DNA from: Caecitellus pseudoparvulus
Lineage: Eukaryota > Protista > Bigyra: Bicosoecida
NCBI GenBank assembly: GCA_965644315.1
Contig: CBFFRQ010000042.1
Coordinates: 1 to 64,000, forward strand
Length of the DNA stretch: 64,000 bases
Reading direction: 5' to 3'
The notes under the pieces were generated by a model that was not told the DNA's origin, searched no databases, and saw nothing but the letters and a program-made list of their open reading frames with translations. Shown here piece after piece: positions 1 through 10,799 of the stretch. Position 1 is the first letter of the stretch, and the number at the start of each line of letters is the position of its first letter. Made by a program: the position numbers and the translations under genes.

Positions 1-254
1 GAACCACGCCCTGCGCCCACGCAGTGACCGTCGCCACACAACGCGCCCCCACTACACCCCGTCACACCACCCGGCACCTCGCCAGCACACGCTGCGCCAC
101 ACTTCCTCTTGCAGGGACTGGCCTGGCCTCCCGCCAGCCTGCGCTTCGCGCCCCCCACGGCGCTCACTCTGCCCGCTTGCGTTGCAGGCGCTGCGCCGTG
201 CCTCAAACTGCGCCGGCACGCCACGCCGGGCTGCCTCGTGCCCACGCAGCTCAT
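1..254 (-). CDS. Putative Gly/Cys/Ala-rich protein, runs off the left edge (partial)
   Basis: ATG at 254 after a CA-rich leader; frame MSCVGTRQPGVACRRSLRHG...CGDGHCVGAGRG is open to position 1; no family recognised. Confidence 0.3.
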   Translation of the reverse strand, partial: MSCVGTRQPGVACRRSLRHGAAPATQAGRVSAVGGAKRRLAGGQASPCKRKCGAACAGEVPGGVTGCSGGALCGDGHCVGAGRG

Positions 255-684
255 GATGGGAGTGGGGGGAAGGGCAGCAGTGTGCAGTGTGATTCGTGTG
301 CAGTGTGTGCGATGTGTGTGGCTGGGAAGTGTTGTGCAGGGGGAAGTGTGCGGGGGGGGCAGGAGAGACTCGTCGGCGAGCTGCTCGGGCTGCGCGCTCG
401 ACTCCACACGCCCACGCCCAGCCCCAAGCCACCATTGCCTCCACGCCCCCACATCACACACGGCCACCTACACGCAAGCCTCCCACGAGCATGCTGCCGT
501 GCATGGTCTGTACCCGGCTGCATCGCGGCGCACAGTGGACTGCCCTGACCACGGACCCGTCCTCCCAGCAGCACCCGCAACGCCGGCCGCGTTTCCACGG
601 CGTTTCCTCACACCCATACACAGCCCACCCGCACACCTCCACAGCACACTGACCACACGCCACACACGCCACACACATCTGGTC

Positions 685-1152
685 ATGGCCGGGACCCCAC
701 ACCAGGGCCCCGCTCTCGCTGGCCTCGCCGCCGGTGCAGCCGTGGCCACGGGAGTGCACCTGGCGAGCCAAGCTGCCGGCACTGTTGCTGGCGCGGGCCT
801 CAGCCTGGCATCCACCGCCATGACGGAGGGCACACGGGCAGTGGGCGGTGATGTGGCCGCGGCAGCTGTGGCAGGTGTGTGCGGTGCTGGGTGTGCCCTG
901 GCCGCGACAGCCGCCAGCACCACCGGCACAGTGGCCAGTGCGGCGGCTGGCGCAGTCACGTCCGCGGTGGTGACGGCTGCAGGCTCAGCGGCGCTGCATG
1001 GTGTGCGTGCGGCGAGCGCGGGTGTGGTGGGTGGTCAGGGCGGGCATGGGGATGTGTGGAGGTGCGGGGGGGGGTGTCCACTGTGGTGTGAGGTGGATGA
1101 TGGGTATGTGTGTGTGTCTCGTCCGGGTGGGTGGCCAGTGGCCAGTCACTGA
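685..1152 (+). CDS. Small Ala/Gly-rich hydrophobic protein (155 aa)
   Basis: ATG 685 after a CA-rich leader; MAGTPHQGPALAGLAAGAAVATG...EVDDGYVCVSRPGGWPVASH; 3' part of ORF 109..1152. Confidence 0.45.
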   Translation: MAGTPHQGPALAGLAAGAAVATGVHLASQAAGTVAGAGLSLASTAMTEGTRAVGGDVAAAAVAGVCGAGCALAATAASTTGTVASAAAGAVTSAVVTAAGSAALHGVRAASAGVVGGQGGHGDVWRCGGGCPLWCEVDDGYVCVSRPGGWPVASH

Positions 1153-1346
1153 GCCAGAGCTGGCACTTCACACTTCCCTGCAGAGCGGCAAGGTGATAAT
1201 CGTGACATCGCTGCAGCTCCCACCTTCTGTTTACTCTCGTGGGTAGAGCAGCCGTGCTGCCATCTGAGCCTGCGTCGGCATCAATCCTAAAGCGCGAAAA
1301 GCTCCAGACCGTGTCCGCCGCAGCACGTGGACACGCTGCAATAACC

Positions 1347-4115
1347 ATGCGTGTGGCAGCAGGCGAGGCGCAAGCCAAGGCAGAGGTGCCCGCTTTATCT
1401 GAGGAGAACGAGCTGACCTTCAATTGGAGCCAGGTGAGCTTGTCTGGAGAGCCCTAGGCAGGGCTTGCTGGGACTGCTTGCTTTCTGTTGCTGCTGAGTA
1501 CAGTCGCGTCGGCCACACGATGCAGTTGGCGTAGCATGCGCCCTGACACTCCTGAGTGCACAGTTTCTGAAGCAATTCTTGTATCATTTCCTCTTCCCCA
1601 TCTCCATCCCGCTGGTGTGGCTGCTGGACGGCTGGAATGCCGTGCTCGTGGTGAGTGCGTCGCAGCGAGATGCGCCAGCTTTCACTATGGTTGCTACTCG
1701 CATATAGAGGCGCACCCAAGGACGCGGGGCAAGCGGCGTTCCGTTTGCATGCCCCTCACACCCATATCGTGCCTTGCGTAGCTGACCTTCATCCCCCTGC
1801 ACCCGCGGCATGTGTTCACGTCAGTGCTGATGCCGCTGTCGTTTTTCGCCGGCACTGTGCTGCTGGTGTACTCCTGGGCGACAGAGCAGCCTGAGGTGGA
1901 GTCAGACCCTGGGTTCATTTTACCTTGGCACTTTGCTGTGCTCATGGCGTACCAAATATCGCGCTGCATCGTGGTAGGCTGTACGTGACGCGTCTCGCCG
2001 GGCGCTGCCGCCGACGAAGGTGCTGTCTGGTTCGACGCTCCCCAAAAACACACTACGTGCAATGCGATTCCCTGCGCAGCCAAGTATGCATACTTGCCTC
2101 CTCGGCAGTACTTGCTCATGATGAGGGCAGAATACTCCATTTCGTGGACTTTCAACACCAAGATCATCCTGACTGCGGCTTGGCTCTTCCCTCCGTCGGA
2201 TGTCATCCAGCGCGAAGTGGCGTTTGCCGCAAATCGAAAGCAAGTTGACATCAATTCCGTGGAAGTGGTAATCTCTCCCGGCATGCGCCGCCAAGCCCTG
2301 CACATGCTTCACATGGCCATTCACGGCAACCCGGAGGCGCTGCCAAAGCATGCTGTGGCTGGTGTTGGGGACCCCACCAGCGCCAAGCCGGATGCGGACG
2401 GCAGCTGGGGCGAGCTGGTTGATGGACCGTCGCTCAGTGCAAGAGTGAAGGCCCTCATCAACGCCGTGCATCCGTTGTCCGATGGCAAGGTTGCCAAGTT
2501 GCAAGAGGGCTCTCCTGGCTGGCAGCGCCGCCTCATGCGCACGGGTCGAGTGCGCATCACAGACCTGGTCATCGCGATCCAAACTGCCTGCACCAAGGAT
2601 CCAGTGCTGAAGCCAGTGGCATTCTTGCCGAAAGCGTTTGCTTTGGCCATGCCCCTCCTTGCTTTCCCCTTCATCTTGCAAGCTTCACATGGAGCCCTGA
2701 GCACCACATCACTGGGCACGTGGATTCACGTGCTATTGGCCATCGGCTCCTTCTTCAATGCTGGTTCCATGATGGCCTTCTATTACATGTCTATTTTCGA
2801 CTACACACGGCGTGCAGCTGCTCAGCGAGTCTTGACAGAGCTGGTCCGGGGCCAGTTCCGAGACCAAGTTCAAGCTGGCATGAACACCTTCTTCCCGTTC
2901 GCTGCGCAGCGCCTGGATGAGGCGCGGTACGATGAAACGAAGCAGTCTTCACAGCAGGCTCTGAACAGGCAGCTACGGTCACTCGTCGGTGTCAAGCTGC
3001 CCACGGTTGAGGAGGAGGCGTCAGACGAAGAAGAGAGTGATGACGCCGGTGGTTTTCCACAAGAAGACCGCACGCCAGGAGCCGTGTTGGTCCAGACAAG
3101 CGAGGCAGACGCTTCAGTGGCGCTGGACCCAGCCTTGCCCCCGTCTGGTTCCCAATCGGCCCATGCTGCAGAGGGGAAAGTGGGCCAACCTCAACACAGC
3201 AGGCCTCGCTCACGAGCAAGGGCGTGGAGTTCTGAGAGTGGCAGTGCTCTTCGAGTCCTTGCAGGAGAGTCACCGCAGAAGAAGGACTCGCTACTCCCTC
3301 CATTCATTGACCCAACTGTACCTGCCAACGTCTTTGCCTGGATGCACCTTCGTGAGTTGCTCGTTGATGTCGGGCTGCGCTTCCAGCTTCGCATGCAGGT
3401 GCTGGTGGGGATCACGGTGGTGTACGCCATCATCATGGACACTTTTGCAATCAGTCGCATATTCGGATCAAATGAGCCATGGGGCGAGTTTCTCGAGTAC
3501 GACTTCATTATGATTTCTTCTGTGGTGCACTCGCTGCTGGCCTTCTCTGTCTTGTTCGTGTGCGTCGCTGTGGCATCGTTTGCCAATAAGCAAGCTGAGC
3601 GCCAGGCAGAGGCGCTGAGCTACGCACAGATTGAGCTGGAGGAGTTTGTCGCCAACGCCCAGCTTGTCCTGCAAGGCAAAGGCGCGTCTCTATTGAAAGG
3701 GCGAAAGTCAGAGCGCTCAGAGAGCGATCTCAGTTTGAAGGCAAGACGACGTCCTGGCACAGCTTGGGGTGCAGCGCAGCAGTCTGCACCGCGAGCAAGC
3801 TTCTCCAGCCTGGACAGCGAGGTGGAAGCCCCAAGTGAAGTCAGAAGCGGCTCCAAGTCCAGGCCCCGGTCGAGCTCCAGGTCAGAACTGCACGGAAGGC
3901 TTGCTGCAATGCCCTTGAAAGACATCGAGGCGGCTGTGGCCTCATCAAGGCATGCCATTGAGAGCCTTGTCACGGCCATTGACGGGCTGGCCATTCGCAA
4001 CGTCGCGAACCCGCTCCGTGTCATGGGCCTGCCGGCGAGCTACCCCCTGCTTCGCCTCATGCTGACTGCTGCAGCGTATGCTGCCGTTATGGTGATCGGG
4101 CAGGTCCTTGCGTGA
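1347..4115 (+). CDS. Multi-pass membrane protein, PHTF / 7TM ion channel (gustatory-receptor-like) type; 4 exons
   Basis: Introns 1433-1563, 1651-1781 and 1981-2079 give one continuous frame; motifs DYTRRAAAQRVLTELV, PPFIDPTVPANVFAWMHLRELLVDVG and terminal NPLRVMGLPASYPLLRLML resemble the PHTF C-terminal region. Confidence 0.6.
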
Positions 4116-4274
4116 AGACCCTGCCCCCGTACAGTGAGAGGTGTTTGTGAGTGTGACGGTTCATGGCATTGTTGAGTTTTACCCAATACACAACTACAGG
4201 ACCCCAGGTGCATTCGTCAAGAGGTGAATTGAAGTCGCCTTGCGTCTTGAGGAGAAAGGCACCAACTTGCAACC

Positions 4275-4822
4275 ATGCAGGCCGGAGCTCGACGTGGACA
4301 GGGCTCGACTGTCGTGACGGTGCCTCGCGCTGCCGAGGCGAAGGGCCAGTCCATGCTGGTGTTTGGCCAGCAAGCAGCGGAGCACAGCGTGGAATGGACG
4401 GAGGACACAGTGGACAACGAGCATCTTGGACGAAAGAAATCGAAGAGTGCGTGATTTGTCCGAGATGTGCCCGCAGTAGGTCGGGGGGCGAGCGGCCGCG
4501 AATCTGGGAGCTGGCGTTTCATTGGGTGAAACGCAATTGATCTCTGCACCTCTGGCTGCTCTCCGCCCTTGCAGAGTGCTGCGTGTTCCACAAGAAGCGA
4601 GAGTTTGGTGAGAGCTCCAGCGAGAGCGAGTTTGACTCGGACGGTGGCTACGACAGTGAAGATTCCACCGACAGGGCGCTGCGCCAAGCGCGTGAAGCAC
4701 GCCGGGCGGCGAGGTTGGCTGCGGGCAAAGCTTGCAGGCACAAGCACTGCCATGGGCACTCGCACGGGAAGCCAGCGACAGCCGCTGTGGCGGCAAAGGC
4801 TGGCAGCAAGCTGGAAGGGTAG
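4275..4822 (+). CDS. PPP1R11: Protein phosphatase 1 inhibitor-3 (Ypi1/PPP1R11); 2 exons
   Basis: Removing intron 4447-4574 gives [38 protein letters not shown], the family signature. Confidence 0.9.
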
Positions 4823-4836
4823 CCGGTGCGAGACAC

Positions 4837-4846
4837 GAATGCATTC
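4837..4846. terminator. Palindromic GAATGCATTC at a convergent junction (candidate bidirectional 3'-end signal)
   Basis: Between the Ypi1 stop (4822) and the patatin stop (4845-4847), overlapping the latter. Confidence 0.5.
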
Positions 4847-6842
4847 AAACACTGCCTGCCCGGCGCCGGAGCCTGGCGTGGCCTCGCTGCACAGGCGGCT
4901 TGACCGCTCGAAGCCATGAGGTGGACTCCACAGGCACCTGTGCAGGAGCAGTGAGGCCAATGCCACCGCCGCCTTGCAGTGGTTCCACCACACGCTGGTA
5001 CGCCTCGTCACCTGAGCACCGTGCACGTGTCTTGCGAGAGGGGGGTGACTCGCCCCAGACCCCAGCAGCGAGCTGGGTGCGCACAAGGCTGACAGGTGAA
5101 GCCATGAGGGAAGGGGGACCCCGACCTGGGCGAGGGGGGGTGGTGGTGGCCCCCTGCACCTGCCTGGGGTCCACGCACGACGCCGCGGCACACTCCCGCA
5201 GCGTGCGCTCCACCCCCACCAGCGCCCGAATGTGGGCGATGTGGGGCCATGTTGCTCGTTGCCCCGCCAGGATGTATGCCTGCATGTCAGCGGGGCTGGG
5301 GTTGCTCAGGGCCTTGAAGCGGTCCAGGAGGCTGCCTGCCGGCAGCAGCGTCACGTCCCCTCTGTATCGCTGCGTGAAGATGCCGTGCATGTCCTGGGAG
5401 AACATGCGCGGCAGCAGGCGCAGGCGAGCCAGCTTGTGCGTGCGCTGCTGCAGGTCCAGCGTGACCCACTGCGTGGCGTCGTCCAGGGCACGGTGCAGCC
5501 AGGAGGTGGGGGCGGCGGCGGCGGCGTGGCTGTCCTGCATGAACGGCTGCACATGCGGGTTGACCTGGCTCACGACGAAGCGGTTGACGTGGAAGATGCG
5601 GGAGAGCTGCTCGCCGGGGATGTCAGAGTGCATGCTGCCATCCAGCACCGCCACGGCATCCGTGTCGTGCACTGGCACGGCCTCGCCACGGGGGCCCTTG
5701 GCCAGGAGGCTGACAGGCTGCATGAGCCCTGGCAGCGCACAGGAAGCCGCCACCGCCGACCAGATGAGGACGCGGGGCGCTGTGAGGTGGTTCAGCACGA
5801 CGGGGTGAGACGCCAGCGTGCCGCCGTACCGAGCTGTGACGGTGATGCTCACGGCACGCCCCGTGCGGGCAAAGGCCTCTTCGAAGGTGAAGGAGCCAAA
5901 GTACGTCTGGCAGGTGTGCGCGAAGTCCTGCGTCTCCACGAAGCGGGGCTTGGCCTCCAGGGCGGCACTGCGGACGAAGGTGGCCAGCTGGTGGGTGAGG
6001 GGTTGGAACCACCGCACGCCGTGGCGGGTGGAGATGTCGTCCTGGATGACGTCAGACAGCATGTCGGCGTCGTTGGTGATGGCCAGCATGCCGGCGGCGA
6101 TGGAGCCGCCCGAGGTGCCGCTGACCACGGGCGGCATAACACCCTCAGCCAGCAGCGCCTTGAGCACGCCCATGTGGTACATGGCCAGGGCGCCGCCCCC
6201 GGACAGCGCCAGGGCAGTCTGCCCCACAGCCGTGTGAGCTGCCCGGAAGAAGCTGGCCTTCTCTCCCTGGCTGAGGCCCGACGTGGCGGCCACTGCGCGC
6301 AGGCTGGCCTGCACCTCAGCCAGGAAGTCCTCCACGGCGTGCTTGGTGCCGACGCGGGAGCGGGCGAAGAGGCCGGGCGCGTCCACCCCGCCAAAGTGCC
6401 GGTCCAGCACGGACTGCAGCAGGTGCAGCAGGCCCTGCAGGCTGGGCTGGTGGTGGATGCGGGCGCGCAGGGCAGCCAGGCGGGCCGTCGTCCGGCGCAG
6501 CAGGCCACAGTCAGCCAGCTCTGAGTCGTCTGCCGCGCGCCATGCTGCGAGGCCCTCCAGCTCCTCCAGCTCCCGAGCAACTGCCAGCCAGCCAGGGTAG
6601 GTCGTCGCCTGCTGCAGCCGCTGGCGCAACTGGGTGGCCTTCCAAGTGGACGAGTGGGGATACAGACGGGCGATGTTGGCGCCGGCTGCATCCAGCGCCC
6701 TCCGCGCCGCCCCCGTGGCTAGCATGAGGAACACATCCAAGCAAATGACGGCTACTGTGTAGGACACGACGGCATACTGCACGGAGAAGACGAGGATGGA
6801 GCTCAGGATCCACAGCGGTATTTCCAGGATGGCCAGAAACAT
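4845..6842 (-). CDS. Patatin-domain triacylglycerol lipase (SDP1/Tgl3-5 type)
   Basis: LALSGGG oxyanion motif, GTSGGS nucleophile, WSAVAASCALPG, DGS catalytic Asp, VSQVNPH; N-terminal TM segments. Confidence 0.9.
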   Translation of the reverse strand: MFLAILEIPLWILSSILVFSVQYAVVSYTVAVICLDVFLMLATGAARRALDAAGANIARLYPHSSTWKATQLRQRLQQATTYPGWLAVARELEELEGLAAWRAADDSELADCGLLRRTTARLAALRARIHHQPSLQGLLHLLQSVLDRHFGGVDAPGLFARSRVGTKHAVEDFLAEVQASLRAVAATSGLSQGEKASFFRAAHTAVGQTALALSGGGALAMYHMGVLKALLAEGVMPPVVSGTSGGSIAAGMLAITNDADMLSDVIQDDISTRHGVRWFQPLTHQLATFVRSAALEAKPRFVETQDFAHTCQTYFGSFTFEEAFARTGRAVSITVTARYGGTLASHPVVLNHLTAPRVLIWSAVAASCALPGLMQPVSLLAKGPRGEAVPVHDTDAVAVLDGSMHSDIPGEQLSRIFHVNRFVVSQVNPHVQPFMQDSHAAAAAPTSWLHRALDDATQWVTLDLQQRTHKLARLRLLPRMFSQDMHGIFTQRYRGDVTLLPAGSLLDRFKALSNPSPADMQAYILAGQRATWPHIAHIRALVGVERTLRECAAASCVDPRQVQGATTTPPRPGRGPPSLMASPVSLVRTQLAAGVWGESPPSRKTRARCSGDEAYQRVVEPLQGGGGIGLTAPAQVPVESTSWLRAVKPPVQRGHARLRRRAGSV

Positions 6843-7207
6843 GGTGCTGCGAGGTCACGGCGCTCACTGGCACCTGGGCCTGACCGCCAGCAGCTCCGAT
6901 GAAGGGTAGGGGCAATGGCAGGGGGAATAATGTCCTGAATGGTGTTCCAGATAGGCGGAGATTCCCGCCCAGAAGTGAGCAGGGGCGCTGGAAAATATAC
7001 AGTTCAGGTCTCTGGCCCAGCTGTGGCGACCAGGGGAACGGCCCCCCTCTGCGCCAGGGGCTGGGTCAGGCAGCATTTCACGGCACAAGGCAAAACTGAA
7101 TGTCTTTGCACGTGCTTTACAACGAGAACCTAGTGCCTACAGGCACAACGTGGTGCATTTGGAGGGGCTTTTGTCTGCGTTTCAAACGCGTTTCACGGTT
7201 GCTTGCC

Positions 7208-8114
7208 ATGTCCAACATCCTCCCGAAGAAGTCATGGCATGTGCTGAAGCCGGAGAACGTCGAACGAGTGCTGAAGGATGAAGCAGCTGAGCGTCGACGG
7301 CAAGAGGCCACCAAGCAGGCCGTTCTTACTGCGGACCGAGAGGCGCGGCTCGAGCGAATGAGGTGGGTGATTGGCATTGCCTGCTTGGCATGCACGGCAG
7401 GGGTACAGCTCGCCCATGATGCACGCCACCTTCTGCAGGAGGAAAGGGGATGCCGGAGAAGGCGCTGAAGCGCCGCGTGCTGCGCAGGTAGCTGCAGGGG
7501 AGGCGCCCTCCGCCCCGGAGCAGTCCGCTCCAGCGCCACGTCACTTGGACCTCTTCTCTGACGTCGGACTGGACTACGGCACCACAGCCGGCCAGCGCAG
7601 CGGCAGAGCAGACACCACGCCCAGGCAGAGCGGCGGGCATCCAGAGTTTGAAAAAGAAGCCAAGCGCCTGGCACGGCGGGCGCTGGAGCGGGAGCGCCTC
7701 GCTGACGTGCCGTTCGGTGGGCGCCCCCCCCCCAACGCACCCCTGCACAAGCCGTGGGAGGCCCAGGCTGCGCGGGAGCAGCGACAGGGCAAGGTTGCGT
7801 GGGGCACCAAGGCAGCCCAGCGCATGGCATCGCGCCTGGCGCGGGAGCGTGAGGCGGAGGACCCCCTGACAGGCATCCGCAGTGGGCTCAAAAGCGCCGC
7901 GCTGCTGAAGCGCATGGGCCGAGCAGGCCACACGACGACGGCCCGAGCACGCAGTCGGTCACCGCCGCCAGCTGCGCGGCGACAGAAGGCAGCGGAGCCC
8001 CAGCATGGCGCTGCGGGGTCTAAGCAGCAGGCTCTATGGGCCATGCTGCGCCAGCAGCGGCGGCAGCGTGAGGCTGCGTCCCGGGCTGACGACGAAGCAC
8101 GGCTGTACTCATGA
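7208..8114 (+). CDS. LENG1: LENG1-like protein (CIR N-terminal domain); 2 exons
   Basis: MSNILPKKSWHV N-terminus; intron 7363-7438; later HLDLF and EDPL motifs. Confidence 0.75.
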
Positions 8115-8152
8115 CGCGGCAAGGGGCTGTCTGGGGCTCCGCGGGACATGCA

Positions 8153-8812
8153 TTAACTAGACGGTGCCTCATCGAACTGGCCCTGCGCTGGCGCTTCGGG
8201 GGAGTGCCCTGGCGCCACGACGCCAGGCAAAGCCATGGCAGGTGACACAAATTTGGCCTCCCACTCAGCCAACGCAGCAGCGTCGCACTGTGCCTCCGTC
8301 GTCAGCAGCTCCATGCCCTCCACGCCACCTGCCGCGCCCTCCGCACCAGCCGCTCCCGGCGCCTGAAAATCTGCAGCCGTGTACATGTGGGCCTCGCCCA
8401 GGTCTGCCTCCGCCCCGCCGTCTTCGCCTTCCGTCTCGCCAGGGTGCAGGGCGGAGACGGCGGAGACGGCGTCAAACATGGCCTGCACAGTGGCGGCTTC
8501 GGGCGGCACGAGCAGCACCGTGGAAGAGCCCTCTGAGGCGCCTGGCAGCAGCACGTCATCGCTCAGCTGGCAGAACAAACACGGCGCGCCACAGGCGCTG
8601 CTGGCGCTGACTGCATGCAGCATGAGCTCGGGGTAGGGCAGCAGCCACGAAGCGTCCGGCGTGGGGCCAAGCCACGCCAGGACGTCCTGGTGCACGACAA
8701 GCAGTCCTTGTCCGCAAACTTGGTCACCAACAGTGCAAGCCACCCCCTCGAATGACTCACAGCCGGAGCTTGCGAGTTCCCTCGCTCGTTCAGCCGGCAC
8801 GCCTACCTCCAT
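8153..8812 (-). CDS. CLNS1A: Methylosome subunit pICln (Voldacs PH-like domain)
   Basis: GQGLLVV..LAW, LPYPELMLHAVS, PCLFCQL, VQAMFDAVSAVSALHP, acidic tail ending QGQFDEA. Confidence 0.8.
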   Translation of the reverse strand: MEVGVPAERARELASSGCESFEGVACTVGDQVCGQGLLVVHQDVLAWLGPTPDASWLLPYPELMLHAVSASSACGAPCLFCQLSDDVLLPGASEGSSTVLLVPPEAATVQAMFDAVSAVSALHPGETEGEDGGAEADLGEAHMYTAADFQAPGAAGAEGAAGGVEGMELLTTEAQCDAAALAEWEAKFVSPAMALPGVVAPGHSPEAPAQGQFDEAPSS

Positions 8813-9173
8813 GTTGAGTGCGGAAAATGAGCGGCAGTCAGACTGCCCTCTTCCCACAGAGCGCACTGATCGGACAGGTAGCAGGCTGTTGTTTTCAACT
8901 AGAAATGCCGCGAGGGCTTTGATGAGTGGTGATGAATTTATTGCTCAGCTTTCTGTTGGGGGCAGGTGCTGCAAGACCTTTGACTGCTTGAGCGCTGCCT
9001 GGGTCGGCCCGCGCAAATGCAGCGTGCCACAAAAAGAAATTCAAGCACGAACTCCATGCGGGGTTGTGCAAGCCCATTCCTCACCCGTCTGTCAGCGTCG
9101 GTCGACGCGCAGCCGCCTGGCTCCAGAGACCTGCGGTAATTGGCTCAGCTGAGGCAACAAAGATCAGCCCAGC

Positions 9174-10501
9174 ATGGCCGCTCTGCAGGCTGCCTTCGGG
9201 GACTTGATCGCGCTTGCGCCGACATATGCCCCAACCATGTCAGTGCTGGGCGGGTCGTTGATTGGTGCGTGCCTACGCGCCCAGTCCGCCAGCTGGTCTC
9301 ATGCACATCAGCTGATATGCTTCCTCGCCCAGGTATGGCCACGGCCATGAACCTGTACACCGTGGGGCGGGTGACGGGGGCGAGCGGCATTCTCAAGACG
9401 GCAGCACTGAAGCCACGGGACGAGACAGCGCCGTGGAAGAGCCACTTTGTCGGCGGGCTGCTGGTGGGCGGCGCCTTCGCGGCACACCTGCACCCTGAAC
9501 TGGTGTACATGCTGCAGGACCTGCCCATCACCGCCCCAGCGGCAGTGGCAGGTGGGGCCCTCGTGGGCTGGGGTTCCTCGAAGGGCTGTGGCTGCACCAG
9601 TGGCCACGGAGTCAGTGGCCTCGCGCGGTTCTCCAAGCGCTCCCTGGCCGCAGTCTGCACTTTCCTGCCAGCCGGCATGCTCACAGCGACAGCCATCGAC
9701 GCGACACCCAGTCTGCGGTCAATCTTTCGCACGGAGGCGTGGGGCCGCCCGCACTCCCTGCCTGTGCCGCCGGGGGCATCCCCCGATGAGGCGGCGGCCA
9801 CGGCGCTGGCGGCTGCTGCAGATGCAGCCGCGGTCATGACGCCGTACGTGCCGGAAGCAGTGCTGGTGGCGGCGTTCGGCGGCATGTTCTGGCTCAAGCA
9901 GCGCGTGGAGAGCGGGCGCCAGGCCAGCGTGGAGAGCGTGCGTGCACTCGTCGCCGCCAGTGGCAGTGGCATGGTGTTCGCGGGGGGCCTGGCGCTGGCC
10001 GGCATGACGAACCCCGGCAAGGTGCTGGAGTTCCTCACCCTGCCCATTGGCGCGGAGGGTGGCATGGCCACGTGGGACCCCAGCCTCATGTGGGTCATGG
10101 CCGGCGCCAGCGCCATGGCGGCACCCTTCTTCGCCCTGCTGCCCCGGCGCCTGCCCCACCCCGCTCTCAGCGACAGCTTCAAGCTGCCCACCTCCACCGT
10201 CATTGACAGGCAGCTCATCATGGGCTCGGCGGCGTTTGGGGCGGGGTGGGGCATTTCCGGCATGTGCCCGGCGCCTGGCCTCATGGCAGCCACCACTGGC
10301 GCGCCGGAGGCCCTGCTGTGGCTGGCGGCGGTGCTGGCTGGCATGCGCCTGCACATGGCCACCGCGGCCACTGGGCCTGCCTCCACAGCATTGAAGGTGG
10401 CGTCCACTGCCCAAGTCCCAGCGGCACCGCGGCAGGGCGTCCTGCCTGGGGCCAAGGGACAGAAGGCTGCAAAGGATGCACCATGCGACGCGCGGGAATG
10501 A
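9174..10501 (+). CDS. YeeE/YedE-family sulfur-compound (thiosulfate) transporter, two halves fused; 2 exons
   Basis: Intron 9265-9332; GRVTGASGI, GCGCTSGHGVSGLARFSKRS, GMTNPGKVLEFL, WDPSL, FGAGWGISGMCPAP. Confidence 0.88.
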
Positions 10502-10524
10502 AGGCAGGGAAGACGTTCACTCTG

Positions 10525-10542
10525 CAGTGTGGGCCCACACTG
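10525..10542. repeat. Perfect 18-bp palindrome CAGTGTGGGCCCACACTG downstream of the YeeE/YedE stop
   Basis: Equals its own reverse complement; 23 nt after the stop codon. Confidence 0.9.
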
Positions 10543-10799
10543 AAGGATGCACTGTATTTTCGCAGCACGCTCGCCAGGACAGCTGTCAGTGCGTGCGGTG
10601 GACGGGGCCCTTCGGATGCTGTCACGCGCAGGAAATGAGCGCGGTGACCTGTCAGGCAACTTGCAGAGGAGGAGTCCACAATTTAAAGCAGCCCAAATGC
10701 AAACTCGGATGCTAGTTCTGCTGCCGCATGGTACCGAGCTGGCGCCACTCTCTGGCCGCGCGCCATGGGCGTTTCACCCATTGACTTCGAAACGCAGCG

